From assembly GCF_009914755.1 (NCBI RefSeq), contig NC_060934.1: a stretch of 64,000 bases of DNA. One strand, 5' to 3'. The translations under genes and the position numbers were made by a program. The notes below the pieces were generated by a model. The model was not told the DNA's origin. It ran no database searches and was given only the letters and a program-made list of their open reading frames with translations. Source of the DNA: the human T2T-CHM13v2.0 reference genome, Homo sapiens. Within the stretch, counting starts at the first letter, position 1; each line of letters begins with the position of its first letter. Below, in pieces: positions 31,816-52,140 of this stretch.

Positions 31816-32489
31816 TTTCTCCTCATTTTATAATTGAGAGGCATGTGGGCAGGAGTGAAGTGTCCCGGCTAATACCACTCAGGTAGTTCAAGACAGAGCC
31901 AGGACTAAAATCAAAGTCTGCTCTTTCTACCTGTATAAAAGAAGAAACTCAGTTAGAACCATTTATTACATACTTACTGAAAACTGAATTAATATCTATA
32001 CTAATAAGTGTCCTGGCAGGGATTTGATAGGAAAGAAATAGAATGTATGATTTTATGATTTCTACCATCCCAAGGCTTGTGATTTTCCTGAGGACACACA
32101 GGATGCATAAATACAAGCCTTGATGGACATAATCTTACCTTGGCAATCCAGCACACACGTAAGAACAGAGGGAATGTGACTTCCAGGATCACCTGCTTAG
32201 GATGGTGATAATCCAGGAGGAGATAGACAGGAGGAGTGTGAATTGGTACAGAGAAAGTAAAAAGCATTTGTGAGACGAAGTAGCAAACAGAAGCCATATC
32301 TGCTCATTTCTGCTTGCCAGCATAATTTCACCAAGCACCTGGCTCTGTGGTGACGTGCAGATCTCTGGAGGGATGCTTTAAAGACAAAACAGGACAGAGC
32401 ATATGGCCGTCTGTGTCTCTTACTTGGGTCACCATATTCCTTAAAGATAAATGACCCTTGTCCTTGTCTTTCCTTAAACATAAGATAAC

Positions 32490-32790
<301 letters not shown>

Positions 32791-32880
32791 TAAGATAACT
32801 TCTGATGAGTTTAGTGACTATGTTTTTGTAATCTATAACTAGATGGACTCTTATACCTCAACCTTGTTGTGATTCTGCTT

Positions 32881-32935
32881 CAAAGTAATTACTTTTAATA
32901 GCAAAAACCACAATTACATTTGCACCAATATAATA
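32881..32935. mobile_element. MADE1 (Hsmar1-derived MITE) partial
   Basis: attacttttaatagcaaaaaccacaattacatttgcaccaatataata. Confidence 0.75.
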
Positions 32936-33153
32936 ACTTCTGAGTACGTTGGATGTGATCTGTCATCATAAACTCCCCCCTCCTGTATATAAGCTGTGAG
33001 CTAAAACACTGGTTGGGAGATTTCTGACAAAATCTCCTCTCTGAAAGACTCCTCCAGAGCTATAGGCCTCAGTCCACAGTCCTCAGTAAGACTTCTGAAT
33101 AAAACTAACTTTAATTCATTAAAAACTTGTTTTTTCTTTTCTTTCGTCCACAC
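32936..33153 (+). mobile_element. ERV1 MER4-group LTR 3' part (MER31-like)
   Basis: TATATAAG, cagtaagacttctgaATAAAActaactttaattc, terminal ca. Confidence 0.55.
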
Positions 33154-33312
33154 ATTCAATGTGGAAATACGATTTGTGCAGAAGGACAAAGAAGCCACGA
33201 GTGAAAGCCAGGAGCATAGTTGCAAACAGGTTTGTTTGGCTGGCACAGAGATGATGTATCAAGTCATGAGAAAGGACTTCATGAACAGTGACCAACTTTA
33301 AAAATATTCCTG

Positions 33313-33389
33313 GGGCGGGCACGGTGAGCCGAGATTGCGCCACTGCACTCTGTCCTGGGCAAAAGAGCGAGACTCCGTCTCAAAAAAAA
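33313..33389 (+). mobile_element. 77-bp internally deleted Alu with intact TSD
   Basis: Alu head fused to Alu 3' end; TSD aaaaatattcctg on both sides. Confidence 0.9.
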
Positions 33390-33444
33390 AAAAATATTCC
33401 TGTCATACCTTGAGGTAGCTAGCTGTTTGACATTTGAGACACAG

Positions 33445-33742
33445 AGGCAGGATGTGGTGACTCACTCCTGTAATCTCAGCTCTTTGGGAGGCTGAGGTGG
33501 GAGCAAGTCCTGAGTCCAGGAGTTTGAGAAAAGCCTGAACAACATAGCGAGACCCTGTCTTTACAAAAAAATAAACCAAATTAGCCAGGTGTGGTGGCAC
33601 GCACCTGTAGTCCCAGCTACTCGGGAGGCTGAGGTGGGAGGACTGCCTGAACCTAGGAAGTCAAGGCTGTAGTGAGCTGTGATTATGCCACTGCCCTCCA
33701 GCTTGGGTGACAGAGTGAGACCGTGTCTCAAAAAAACCAAAA
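33445..33742 (+). mobile_element. AluJ
   Basis: TSD gacatttgagacac brackets this and the next Alu. Confidence 0.9.
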
Positions 33743-34118
<376 letters not shown>

Positions 34119-34622
34119 TTACCTGCGTGGTTTCCCAGCAGGCCCCATGAGCAACCATTAGTGATCTCAATGGTGTTAATGGAGCTACATAAATCAGTCA
34201 AGAACAGTGATGGAACTTCTTACTGTAGTCCAGGTGCAGTGCTGGGCTCCGGGATAGGATGAACAAGATGGACCCAGCCCTGCCCTGAATGTGTGTTCTT
34301 TGTAGGTACAGTTCCAGCAAGAAACCAGCTCTCTTTATGTCGTTGAAAAGTAGGGAAGTGTAGCAGTTCTCAGGAGCCGTAAATAATGAATACGTGTTTC
34401 ACGGCTGTTTAAATGAGTGAATAAAATCGCTGTGCTCATTCTGTCCTGTCACTGTCTCATGCAGTGAAATGGGCATCTTAACCACAGCTTAAAGGGAGCT
34501 GAAGACAGCAGGGAGGACTCAGGCCATCCAGCCTGGGATACCCTGCCCGCACATTTCTGTACCAAGAGCCGGTCAACTTCAAAATCAGTCTATGAGAGAC
34601 CTAGTCATTACAACACACAAGG

Positions 34623-35360
<738 letters not shown>

Positions 35361-35454
35361 ATCATGCGACTTTGAGCAACCCGATAAATATTTTTTAAAC
35401 AAATGCCCACAGGAGGAATGTGTCTTTTTCATCTTTGACTCTCTGCCACTTAGA

Positions 35455-36152
<698 letters not shown>

Positions 36153-36378
36153 GTAGGAATGAATGAACGGTGTGCTGCACATAAGCATGGCCTTCTGGAG
36201 CTTCTGTTCACCACCTGATCTTGTCCCATTTGTCTCATGCTGAACAAGTCTGCCCTGGACCTTATGTAAATTCCAGGGACATTTGACTTGGCCATAGGCC
36301 TTTCCAAATGCTAGCAGTTTAACAGCCTTGCCTCAGAGAAAAAGGCAGTTTATGATGAAAATAACCATCTCAGGCTAC

Positions 36379-36680
<302 letters not shown>

Positions 36681-37196
36681 GATTCAGGCTATTTCTTGAT
36701 TTCTACTTCTTTGTCCCAAGTTAATTATAAGCATCTCATTTGCTATTGATGATACATTTACTTTGTATTATTAGCTAATTAAATATTCATCATAGCTGTG
36801 CTGAGGAGGAGGCCTGTTTGTCTCTCTTAGTTTCTTAGATAAATAGAGCCAGGCCTGGAAAGGATCCACTGAGCCTGGAATTATAGCTCAATGTTGTAGC
36901 TATCAGAATTACTTGAGTTCTGAGTATTGGCTTCAATATTTTACTTCTTTGCCTCTAATTGGAAAAGAAGGGTGGAACATAGTAGGTCTTAATTGTTGAC
37001 ATCACCGAGTAGAGTTTTGATGAGATTAAAACTCTCTCTGTTCCCCTGTCTGTGGGCACACTTTCTTTATTGGTGCCTGACTTGAAAGATACTGTATAAA
37101 GCGTTCATGAACTTGGGACACTAAATGAATACGTCTTTGATGGTTTCTTCCCTCAGTGTGGAAATGATTTACCAAGTTATTCTGGCTTCCAGATTA

Positions 37197-37673
<477 letters not shown>

Positions 37674-38177
37674 AATAAAACTGGAACTTCTTTTAAAAAT
37701 TTTTATTGTAATCAGATCAGAAAATGGTTGCCAAAATAATCTGTACTTAAAAAAAATAAGTTCTGTTCAAATTAGAGCAGCTCCACAACTATTTTAACCA
37801 TAGATTTGATAAAGGTAACTTTAAAAACTAAAATTTTGTACCCTGATTAAAAAAAAAAAACAAGGTTCTGACAAATATTACCTGGCCATAGAAACATGTA
37901 ACTATTTCTTAAAGTATGCTGTGAAGTAGCAAGGACTGAGATGAAAGAGAAGGTATCCAGAGATGAATGATTAAAAAAAGTAAGCACTAAATATTTACAT
38001 GTAACTATGTATTTATATATTTTATCTGTGTGTTGATTAATACTATTTGGTAAGAACTGCACATATAGTGTCTCATTTAATTCTCAAAACAACACTATGA
38101 GGTAGGTATTATCTCTGTTTAATGGAAGTTCAGAGAGGTTAAACCACTTGTCCATGGTTGAAAGTTAGTCAATTTCC

Positions 38178-38405
38178 AGGCTGGGCAACATGATGAGACC
38201 CCGTCTCTACCAAAAATAAAAAAAATTAGCTGGGCATAAGTGGCATGTGCCTGTGTCCCAAGCTACTCAGAGGCTGAGATGGGTGGATTGCTGGAGCCCT
38301 GGAGGCTGAGGTGGGTGGATTACTGGAACCCTGGAGGCTGAGTTTGCAGTGAGTCGAGATCACACCACTACACTCCAGTCTGATCATGTTGCTGCACTCC
38401 CCCAT
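38178..38405 (+). mobile_element. 5'-truncated AluJ with 32-bp tandem duplication
   Basis: Units at 38270-38301 and 38302-38333. Confidence 0.85.
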
Positions 38406-38406
38406 T

Positions 38407-38407
<1 letters not shown>

Positions 38408-38466
<59 letters not shown>

Positions 38467-38600
38467 AGAAAGAAAGAAAGAAAGGAAAAAGAAAGAAAGA
38501 AGGAAAAGAAAGAAGAAAGAAATAAAGAAAGATGAAAGGGAGAGAGAGAGGGAGGGAAGGAACGAAGGAAGGAAAAGAAAGAGAGAAAAAGAGAAAGAAA
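38408..38600. repeat. (GAAA)n / GA-rich microsatellite
   Basis: Direct reading; derived from Alu tail. Confidence 0.95.
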
Positions 38601-39516
38601 ATTGGAAATCTCAAACACAGACCTGACTATCTGCAAAGCCTATGCTCTTAACCTCCTCCTTCCAGTATTATACCAGGAGAGCTAGCAGCAGTGGGTTAGC
38701 TTAGTGCTTGCATTTTAAGTTTGAGTTCCAGAGAGGTAAAATGATGTGTTGATAACATAGACAGTAAGAGGTTGGATGAAACTGCAAGGTGATTTCTAGT
38801 AAATTTGCTCCCATTTGTTTCTAAGGAACATAAAGGAAATTTCTTTCTCTGTTAGCTTTTATAGTTTAGGAAGTAAATGTACATACAGTAGGAGTCATTC
38901 TGAGGTTGCTGGGGGTTAGAAGAAAATGCCTTTGTTTGAGACAGACAAGCTAGAGGGAGGTAGATGGGATATCACCTTGGAGCTGAAAGGGTGACCTGCC
39001 CCAATTAGTCACGACTGTCAAGCTTGGGCTTGAGCAGCAGTGGATCATGGAGACAGGGCACAAAGCCAGAAGCAGACTGGAAATGCCAAGGGCCTATGGC
39101 TGTGGTGTCAGCTCAGGTCCCGAAGTCAAGTGAGCAGGCAGGAGTGTCCATGGGCCAAGGCAAAATGGATGGAAACCAGCCAGCCAGTCAGGATGCCCTG
39201 AGGCACCAGCCCCTGCTCCCAGCAGGCCCAGGCTGGAGGCCTTGTATATTTCGGCTGCTCCAACAGTAGCCTGTCCTGGGGTCTGTATAGGGGAGCCCTA
39301 GACAAGAGCTGGGTAACAGGGGTGAGTGTTCAAGGTCAGGGTAGATTGCTTGTGAGCAAGCTCGTGCCAGCACCTCCATGGGTACTTTGGGAAATATCAC
39401 ACTTGAAAGATGGCTGGTTTGTTTATTGCCATAAATGATGCAAGAATCTGTGTAATTTTTAAAAACATGCCTCATTATATATCTAGTATCTAGTTGGTGA
39501 TCAGGATCATCATTTT

Positions 39517-39661
39517 AGCTGGGTGCTTATAGTCCCAGCTACTCAAGAGGCTGAGGCGGGAGGATTGCTTGAGACCAGGGAGTTCGAGACTGTGATTGTG
39601 CTTGTGAATAGCTACTACACTCAAGCCTGGGCAACATAACAAGACCCATCTCTTAAAAAAA
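39517..39661 (+). mobile_element. FAM (fossil Alu monomer)
   Basis: Retains 7SL-like gtgaatagc segment; TSD atcatcatt. Confidence 0.8.
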
Positions 39662-39855
39662 TCATCATTCAATTTAAGTCTGGAGTCATGTTTGAGATAC
39701 TTCTTGATTTTTAAAGGGCTAATATCTAGGATACTAAAGGGTCATACTAAATAGACATGCACTGTACTGTAAAGGGCCACTGCCTAGTATATCTTAAATA
39801 ATAAATATTTGTCAAATGAATGAATGAAACTGAATTGACACAAACAGAAAGTCTA

Positions 39856-40701
<846 letters not shown>

Positions 40702-41160
40702 CTGCTTTTTGGAACTCTGTTAGGAGACCAACATAAACCGAAGAAACTACGAACTAATACATCATGAAATACTTCTTCTATTTGGGAGGTGGAGAAACCA
40801 TCCCCTTCTCCACCAAAATGACACTTAAGAAAGAGACCCCAGGGAGGGTAGCAGTGGAATGAGGGTAGAAAATAACTGATGAAGGTCAGTTTCAGCCTTC
40901 CTGCCTCCAACCTTCTCACAGACTCCAGTGCAGAAGAGGATGTATTCAGCTTCCTAAAGTCTGTGTGTACCACTAACAGGTTAGGAAATGAGTTAAATGC
41001 CAGATTCTTAAATGTTGCATGTGGGAGGATCTGAAACAGAGACTTCAGTCACTTTGCCTCTGCCTTAAACACCCACACAACAGAAATGGATCACGGCATT
41101 GGCTGAGCAAGAGAGAAGAGCAGAGAAGCAAGAATACTAGAAGTTACTCTGTTTTTTATA

Positions 41161-41469
41161 CAGGTCGTGCCTTCCTGATCTGAAAGTCTGAAATGCTCCA
41201 AAATTCAGAACTATTTGAGCTCTGACATGACTGCACAAGTGGAAAATTCCACACATAAATACGTAATACAAACTTTGTTTCATGCACAAAAGTATGTAAA
41301 ATATTGGATAAAATTACCTTCAGATTATGTGTATAAGGTGTATATAAAATATAAATGGATTTTGTGTTTTGCCTTGGGTCCCATCTCATTGTGTATATGC
41401 AAATCTCATTATGCACATGAAATCGCAAATACTTCTGGTCCCAAGCATTTCACATAAATATTCAGCCTG
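41161..41469. mobile_element. Tigger4/MER46 (Zombi) MITE
   Basis: TA-cagg..ctgaaatgctccaaaat..ctggtcccaagcattt..cctg-TA. Confidence 0.82.
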
Positions 41470-41676
41470 TACCACATATGTATCCCCTTCTTTCCAAGTG
41501 CTTTACTCTTTATCCAAAACGAATCTTCCACCTCATTTGATGAGAATTAATATTTCCCCGGGTGAGCATGGGTATGAGTTAATTGCAATTTTCAATACTC
41601 TTTTAAGAAATATAGTGCTTAATTCCTTTCGAATTTCAATTTTAAAATTCTCCTGCCTGAAAACTGGGAGCTTCTA

Positions 41677-42016
<340 letters not shown>

Positions 42017-42194
42017 TTAACACCTATGAAGCTTAGTAAAGAAAAAATGGGTGCATGTGCTATTTTTAAGATACTATGAGACAACAGGTTTCCATTCCTT
42101 TCTCACCACAATGGGAAATGTTTAAGTCAAATACACTTTGGGAATGAAAATCCTCTCTGAGCAAATAGTAATTTCTTATATATTTATATACTTA

Positions 42195-42880
42195 CAATTG
42201 TGGTTAAAAACACAGAACACAAAGTGTATCATCTTAACCATCTTTAAGTGTACCATTCAGTGGTGTTAAGTATTTCACACTGAGTGCAACAGATCTCTAG
42301 AACTTTTTCATCTTGCAAAACTGAAACTCCCTACCACGGGTATCCAATCTTTGGGCTTCCCTGGGCTACATTGGAAGAAGAAAAATTATCTTGGGCCACA
42401 CATAAAATACACTAACACAAACTATAGCTGATGAGCTAAAAAAAAAAAATTACATACCAAAAATCTCATAATGTTTTAAGAAGGTTTGCAAATTTGTGTT
42501 GGACTGCATGTGGCTCATAAGGCCACAGGTTGGACAAGCTTGCTCTATACCCATTTAACAACTCATTTCCTCCTCCCCTCCAACCAGCCCCTGGCAACTG
42601 CCATTCTGTTTTCTGGTTTCTATGAGTTTACCTACTACTCATAAGAGTGGAATCATATAGTATTTGTCTTTGTGTGACTGGCTTATTTCACTTAGCATAA
42701 TGTCCTCAAGGTTCATCCATGTTGTACTATGTGAGAGGATTTCCTTCCTGTTTGAGGCTGAATAATACTCCACTGTATGTATATATAACATTTTGCTTAT
42801 CCAATCATCTATGGATGGACAACTGGATTGCACCCGCTTCTTGGCTATTGTGAATAGTGCTGCTATGAACATAGATGTGT
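42195..42880 (-). mobile_element. L1MB 3' end interrupted by MER30
   Basis: ORF 42639-42872 resembles L1 ORF2 end (MFIAALFTIAK..TTWMNLEDIMLSEISQ). Confidence 0.85.
42335..42542. mobile_element. MER30 hAT-Charlie MITE
   Basis: tccaatcttt..ggttggacaagcttg; 8-bp TSD ctccctac/ctctatac. Confidence 0.85.
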
Positions 42881-43526
42881 GAGGAAATAGTGATTTCTTA
42901 TACTGAGACAGTACTGTGTTAACTAGAGAAGAATGAGTGTGTTTAAGGTCTTAGGAAAGGGTAAAAATGGGAGAGGAAAGATAATGGTGACCCTTTGAAA
43001 CGTTAGCAGCTTTTGAAACTATGCCAAGACCTCAAAGAATTTTGCTGGAAACATTTTAAGTGTATATGATTTCTCTTCAAAAGACATTGTTTTAAACCAA
43101 ATTGTTTTTCTTGGGCTTAATGACAGGATTTAGTATTTAATGAAATATTCTGGAATGAAGGTTGAAAGAGGAAGTAGAAATATTACACTTATTAAAACCC
43201 TCCAAACTATCAAATATTCAAGTGAACCCCTTCCATTTATTAGAAAGCTAAAATAGTTTCATGGAAAAATAAGTATAAATAGCTTTTGTTGAACACCTTA
43301 TTTAGAATCATTATTAATTATTATCAATTGATAATCTTCCTATATGAGATGTCAACATCTTTTTTCTAAAATTCCATTTTGATGCTTTTAAGTATTTGGA
43401 GCCAATTATTATCTTGTTGTCAGCCAGTTTGATTGCAGTGTATTTCTTTTAACTCTTGGGGTATTTTTTTTCCCAGCAAAATAGGAATGCAAATACCTGA
43501 AGAATAACTGGCTCCAATGAACATTC

Positions 43527-43762
43527 TTCTTTTTTTTTTTTTTTTTAATTTACTTTTAATTCTGGAATACATGTGCAGAACATACAGGTTTGTTACGTAG
43601 GTATATGTGTGCTATGGTGGTTTGCTGCACCTATCAACCCATCTTCTAGGTTTCAAGCCCCACATGTATTTGGTATTTGTCCTAATGCTCTCCCTCCCCT
43701 TGCCCCCAACCGGCGACAGGCCCTGGTGTGTGATGTTCCCCTCCCTGTGTCCATGTGTTCTC
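43527..43762 (-). mobile_element. 5'-truncated L1PA (PA7/8-like) 3' UTR
   Basis: Poly-T, tacatgtgcagaac..; TSD atgaacatt. Confidence 0.88.
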
Positions 43763-44864
43763 ATGAACATTTTTCCTTCTCTGTCTGGAGAAGCAACGGT
43801 AGAAAAATTTTAAAGGGCTCTAAGTGTGTATAATACCTTTGCAGACAACAGGTTTATTTTTCCCCACTTCCATTTTAAAGATGAATAAAAGACTAAACTA
43901 AAGTAAGAACATCAAGAAAATGCAGGGACATGTTTCAAGAATCTTTAGTAGTGTGAATATTATGCATAGTTTATCTCTGTCTGAAGGACTGTGAGTCAGA
44001 AAGGATGTGAAAAACATCTGGGTAGAAAAAAATAGTGTATCTAGAGATACGTTTTGCAATCTCTGCTCCTTATCTTCTTTTCAGTGGTTATCAAAGACTG
44101 CAAAGATTTTATAATATAAAACCCCCAAAAAGAAAGAACAGCCTGCATGTGAAGTGCTTAAGATTGATATCTTGTTTCTTATTTGTTCACATTTATTTTT
44201 AGTTTTCTTTTTTCAAGGTTGGACAAACTCAAAACAAATTAATAGAAGAGACTTAGGAACTAATCATTGTAAAAGTTTATGGTGCTATATTAGACCAAAT
44301 TCCTGCACATGTTTGTCTCTAGGAAAAAAATTAATATGCCAATGTTAGACTACATGAAGACAGTAATAACTCAGGGGAAAAAATGGAAGGCTGCCCATTG
44401 TAGAAACATGTCCAGAAAAATCACCGATTGTAAAGAACATCCTCTCTCCTTATATAAGCTACCAGATGTTGTTGAATTGAATTGAGAAGAGAAAAAAAGA
44501 AAAAGCTTATGAGTCATCGGGTGCAACCACGGTTGAGCAAAGTTTAGCAGCCCTTTTGATTAAAGCATGTTGTGGTATGTGTAATAAACAATGTTACAAC
44601 ACGAGAAAATATTGATTCTGTACCAAACAGAATTTAAGTATTCAAAACATGATTTGAGCCATAGATCAGAATGATATTGAAAATAGATGACATTTAAGTG
44701 AACAGTGGTCACATACATAGTGTATGATAAAAAACGAAACTATATTAGGGCCAATAAATATGACATGTCTTGGGAGACATTTTACTTTTGATAATACTAA
44801 AGATAACTTTGTTTATCAAGTGTGCATATGAACATGGAGAAGTTCATCAGTATGTGTATTTTAA

Positions 44865-45200
<336 letters not shown>

Positions 45201-45356
45201 AGAAAATCTTAATAGCTTAATACAGCGGAAAAGATTTTGGGAAGTCTAGACCATCACTTCTATCATCCCTCCTACTTCCCCTCTGCACCCCAAGACACAT
45301 TTCAGAGAAATCTATTATTTTTTAAATGTTGAAGTGTAGACCAGACAGAGAATTGA

Positions 45357-45779
<423 letters not shown>

Positions 45780-45972
45780 TAACACTGGAATTCAACTCTA
45801 ACACCCTGAACTCTACCCCATCCCTAGATTTTTCTCTAGGTTCTTTCATTCTTTCTTTTGAATTTTACTTCTTTACAATTTTTTGCTCTTTCCTTATCCA
45901 CTACTTTTTTTTTTTTTAATGTGTTATTCCCAGAACTAATGCTGGTACTCTAGAAAGTCAAATTAGTCCTGA

Positions 45973-46449
<477 letters not shown>

Positions 46450-46672
46450 TAGATGGGTTCACACGATTCATGAGAGTGAGCAGGAAGTATGAAAACTTCT
46501 TTTTATGTTTCTTCTTTTAAGTCTAAAAACAAGAAACTAAGCCTTATTACCATTTAACATGTGGACTGCAATGAAGCCCTCCCTTGGCGCATATGTCAGA
46601 TGCCACGTGTCAGGTACAGTATTTAAAATAGCCTAAGGGAAGAGAAGAGATCCTATAATGTCAAAGGGGTGA

Positions 46673-47023
<351 letters not shown>

Positions 47024-47544
47024 TGATCAAATGATATGGGATTGTACTATCTAGTTTTATTTTCTCAAATAGGCTTATTGAGGTATAATGGATACGCAAT
47101 AAACTGCCTATATTTAAAGTATACGATTTGATCAGTTATAACATATGTAATATACCCATGAAACCATCACTGAAATAAAGATAATACCGACAAAAGTTTC
47201 CTGGTGCCTCTTGGCCACCACCTCCTTTCATCCCTCCCTGTCTTTGCTCTTCCATTGCCTATCCCCAAGCACCACTGGTCTACTTTCTGTCACTCTACAT
47301 TAATTTGCATTTCCTAGAATTTTATGTAAATAGAATCACACAGTATGCTCCTTTTCCAGTCGGCTTCTTTCACTCCATGTAATCATTTTTGAGATCCATC
47401 TATGTTTTAACATGTATCAATAGTTTTATGTTTAGTGTATTCGGTGGTATGGAGATACACCAATTCCTTTGTCTATTCACATATTGATAAATATTTGAAA
47501 TGTTTCCAGCTTTACTATTACAAATAAAGCTTCTATAAACATTC

Positions 47545-47572
47545 TCTTTCTTTCTTTCTTTCCTTCCTTCCT

Positions 47573-47631
<59 letters not shown>

Positions 47632-47690
47632 CTCTTTCTCTCTTTCTTTCCTTCTTTCTTTCTTTTTTTCTTCTTTCTTTCTTTCTTTTC
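47545..47690. repeat. (TTTC)n microsatellite
   Basis: Direct reading; Alu tail-derived. Confidence 0.95.
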
Positions 47691-47950
47691 CAGCCCAGGC
47701 TGGAATGCAGTGGTAAGATCCCTGCTCACTGCAACCTCTCCCTCCCAGGCTAAAGTGATTCTCATACATCAGCCTCCTGAGTAGCTGAGATTACAGGTGT
47801 GTGCCACCACACCAAGCTAATTTTTGTATTTTAGAAATGGGGTTTGGCCATGTGGGCTAGGCTGGTCTCAAATTCCTGGCCTTAAGTGATGCACCTGCCT
47901 TCGCCTCCCAAAGTGCTGGGATTACAGGCATGAGCCAGTGGGCCTAGCCT
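47691..47950 (-). mobile_element. AluJ/S
   Basis: Reverse Alu. Confidence 0.85.
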
Positions 47951-48684
47951 CAGGTATGTTTTTCTAGATATATGCTTTTATTTCTCTTGGGTAAATATTT
48001 AGGAGTGGAATGGAATAGCTGGATCATATGCTAAGTGTATATTTAACTTTGTAAGAAAAACAACCAAACTGTTTTCCAAAATGGTTGTATTATTTTACTT
48101 TATTTTATTTATTTATTTTTTCTCTAAACATGATGTAGAAAAGTTGTATCATTCCCACCAGCAGTGTATGGGAATTCCAGTTCCTCCAAATCCATAACAG
48201 CCCTTGGTATGGTCAGTCTTTTTAATTTTAGCTAGGCTAATAGGTCTGCAGTGTTATCTCATTTTGGTTTTAATTTGCATTTCCCTAATGACTAATGAGG
48301 TTGAGCATTTTTCATGTGATTATTTGCCATGTCTATGTCTTCTCTGATGAAGTGACAATTCAGATACTTAGCCCATTTTAACAATTGGGTCATTTTGTTT
48401 GCTGGTTATTGGGTTTTGAGAGTTCCTTATATATTTTCAATACAAATTCTTTATCAGATACATCCTTTGCAAATATTTTCTGCCAGTCTCTGACTTGTCT
48501 TTTCTTTCTTCTGGTGGTGTCTTTTGAAAATCAGAAGTTTATAATTTTAACAAAATCCAGTTTATTAATTTGTTCCTTCATGTATCCTGTTTTGGGTGAT
48601 TTAGCTAAGAAATCTTTGACTAGTCAAGGTCAGAAAAGTTTTATCTAGAAGTTTTATAGTTTCTACATATTATTTTCTACATAA

Positions 48685-48870
<186 letters not shown>

Positions 48871-50033
48871 TATGATCAAGTTTTGAGTTAATTTATGTCT
48901 GTGCTTTGCAATATGGATCAAAATCCATGTTTCAGCATATGCATATCCAATTACTTGAGCACAATTAGTTTGGGGAGTATTAACATTTTAGCAATATTGC
49001 CTCTTTTGACTCTAGAACGCAGCATATCTCCTCATTTGTTTAGCTTTTTAAAAATTTCTGTTAGCACTTTCTGTAGTTTTTAGCATACAAGCCTTCCACA
49101 CCATTCCTCAGATTCCTTAAATGTATCCTTCCGGTATTTCATATTTGTGGATGCTATTCTATAAGTTGTGTATTTTAACTTTCAAATTTCTGATTGTTCC
49201 TACTACATACATTTGTTTTTATATATTGAGCTTGTGTTCTACAGCCTTATTAAACTCACTTAGTTCTACTAGCTTTTTGATAGATCTCATTAGATTTTCT
49301 ACATCGGTGATCATTTAATCTGTGAATAAAGACAGTTTTACTTTTTCCTTTCCAATCCGGATGCCTTTTATTTCTTTTTATTACCTGGTTACACTGAATA
49401 GATCTTCTACCACAATGTTGAATAAAAATGGTGAGAGCAGAATCCTTGTCTTTTTCAGATCTCAAGGGAAAAGTATTTAATCTTTCACCGTTAAGTATGA
49501 TGTTAATGGCAGGTTTTTTGTTTTTTATAGATGTCATTTATCAGACTGAGGAAATTCCCTTCCTTTTCTAGTTTACCAAGAGATTTAATCAAGAATGGAT
49601 GTTAGATTTAGGCAAAGACCTTTAAAAATATTTGTTAAGGTGATCCTGTGGTGTCTGTTTTTGTTTGTTTGTTAATATGATGAATTATATTGATTTTTGA
49701 ACATTAAACCAGCCTTGTAATCTTGAGGTAAACCCCACTTGGTCATGACATATTATATTTTTATATATGTTGAATTTAATTTACTGAAGTTTTGTTTAGA
49801 ATTTTTTGCATCTGTGTTCGTGAAGAATATTGGTCTGTAGTTTCTTTTTCTTATAATATTTTTGTCTGATTGTGGTAGCAAGTTAATGTTGGTCTCATAG
49901 AATGAGTTTAAAAGTATTCCCTCCTTTTCAGTTTTCCGAAAGAGTTAATGTGTAATTGCTATGATTTTGTCCTTAAGATGTTTGGTAGAATTTACTAGGA
50001 AGGTCCTGCAGACATGTTTTCTTCATGGGAAAG

Positions 50034-50300
50034 TTTTTGTTGTTTGTTTGTTTTTTGTTTTTGGAGACAGAGTCCCACTCTGTCACCCAGGCTGGAGTGC
50101 AGTGGCGCGATCTTGGCTCACTGTAACCTCTGCTTCCTGGGCTCAGCCTCACCAATGCCTGGCTAATTTTTGTATATTTTGTAGAGATGCGGTTTTGCCG
50201 TGTTGCCCAGGCTGGTCTTGAACTCCTGAGTTCAAAGTGATCCAGCTGCCTCAGCCTCCCAAAGTGCTGAGATTATAGGCATTAGCCATCGTGCCCAGCT
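50034..50300 (-). mobile_element. AluJb with right-arm deletion
   Basis: Reverse Alu. Confidence 0.85.
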
Positions 50301-50414
50301 TATAGGAAAGTTTTAGCAATAAATGTAATTTCTCTAATAGCTACAGAGCTATTCATTTTATTTATTTCCTCTTCATTGAGCTTTGGGAGTTTGAGTGTTT
50401 CAAGAAACTTGCAT

Positions 50415-50542
50415 GGCCAGGCATGGTGGCTCATGACTGTAATCCTAGCACTTTGGGAGGCCAGGCAGGAGGATCACTTGATGGTGAGACCCCGTCTCTA
50501 CCCCAACAAAAACAAAAAACAATACAAACAAACAAAAAAAAA
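50415..50542 (+). mobile_element. FLAM/Alu monomer with internal deletion
   Basis: TSD-like aaact(a)tgcat. Confidence 0.8.
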
Positions 50543-50554
50543 CTATGCATTTTA

Positions 50555-51958
<1,404 letters not shown>

Positions 51959-52017
51959 ATTTTATTATTTTATCCAAGTCATCAAATTTATAGGCATATA
52001 ATATTGCTAATATTTTC

Positions 52018-52140
52018 TTGTTTTAAAAAATAAAGATAGGGTCTCACTATGTTGCCCAGGCTGGTCTCAAACTTCTGGGCTCAAGGATCCTAGGCCTCCC
52101 AAAGTGTTGGGATTACAGGCATGAGCCATTGTGCCTGGTC
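52018..52140 (-). mobile_element. FLAM/Alu left monomer
   Basis: TSD-like aatattttctt. Confidence 0.8.

Larger units (their letters stand above)
38060..38655 (-). mobile_element. MIR split by Alu and microsatellite
   Basis: tcatttaattctcaaaacaacactatgaggtaggtatt..ttcagagaggttaa; caaagcctatgctcttaacc. Confidence 0.7.
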
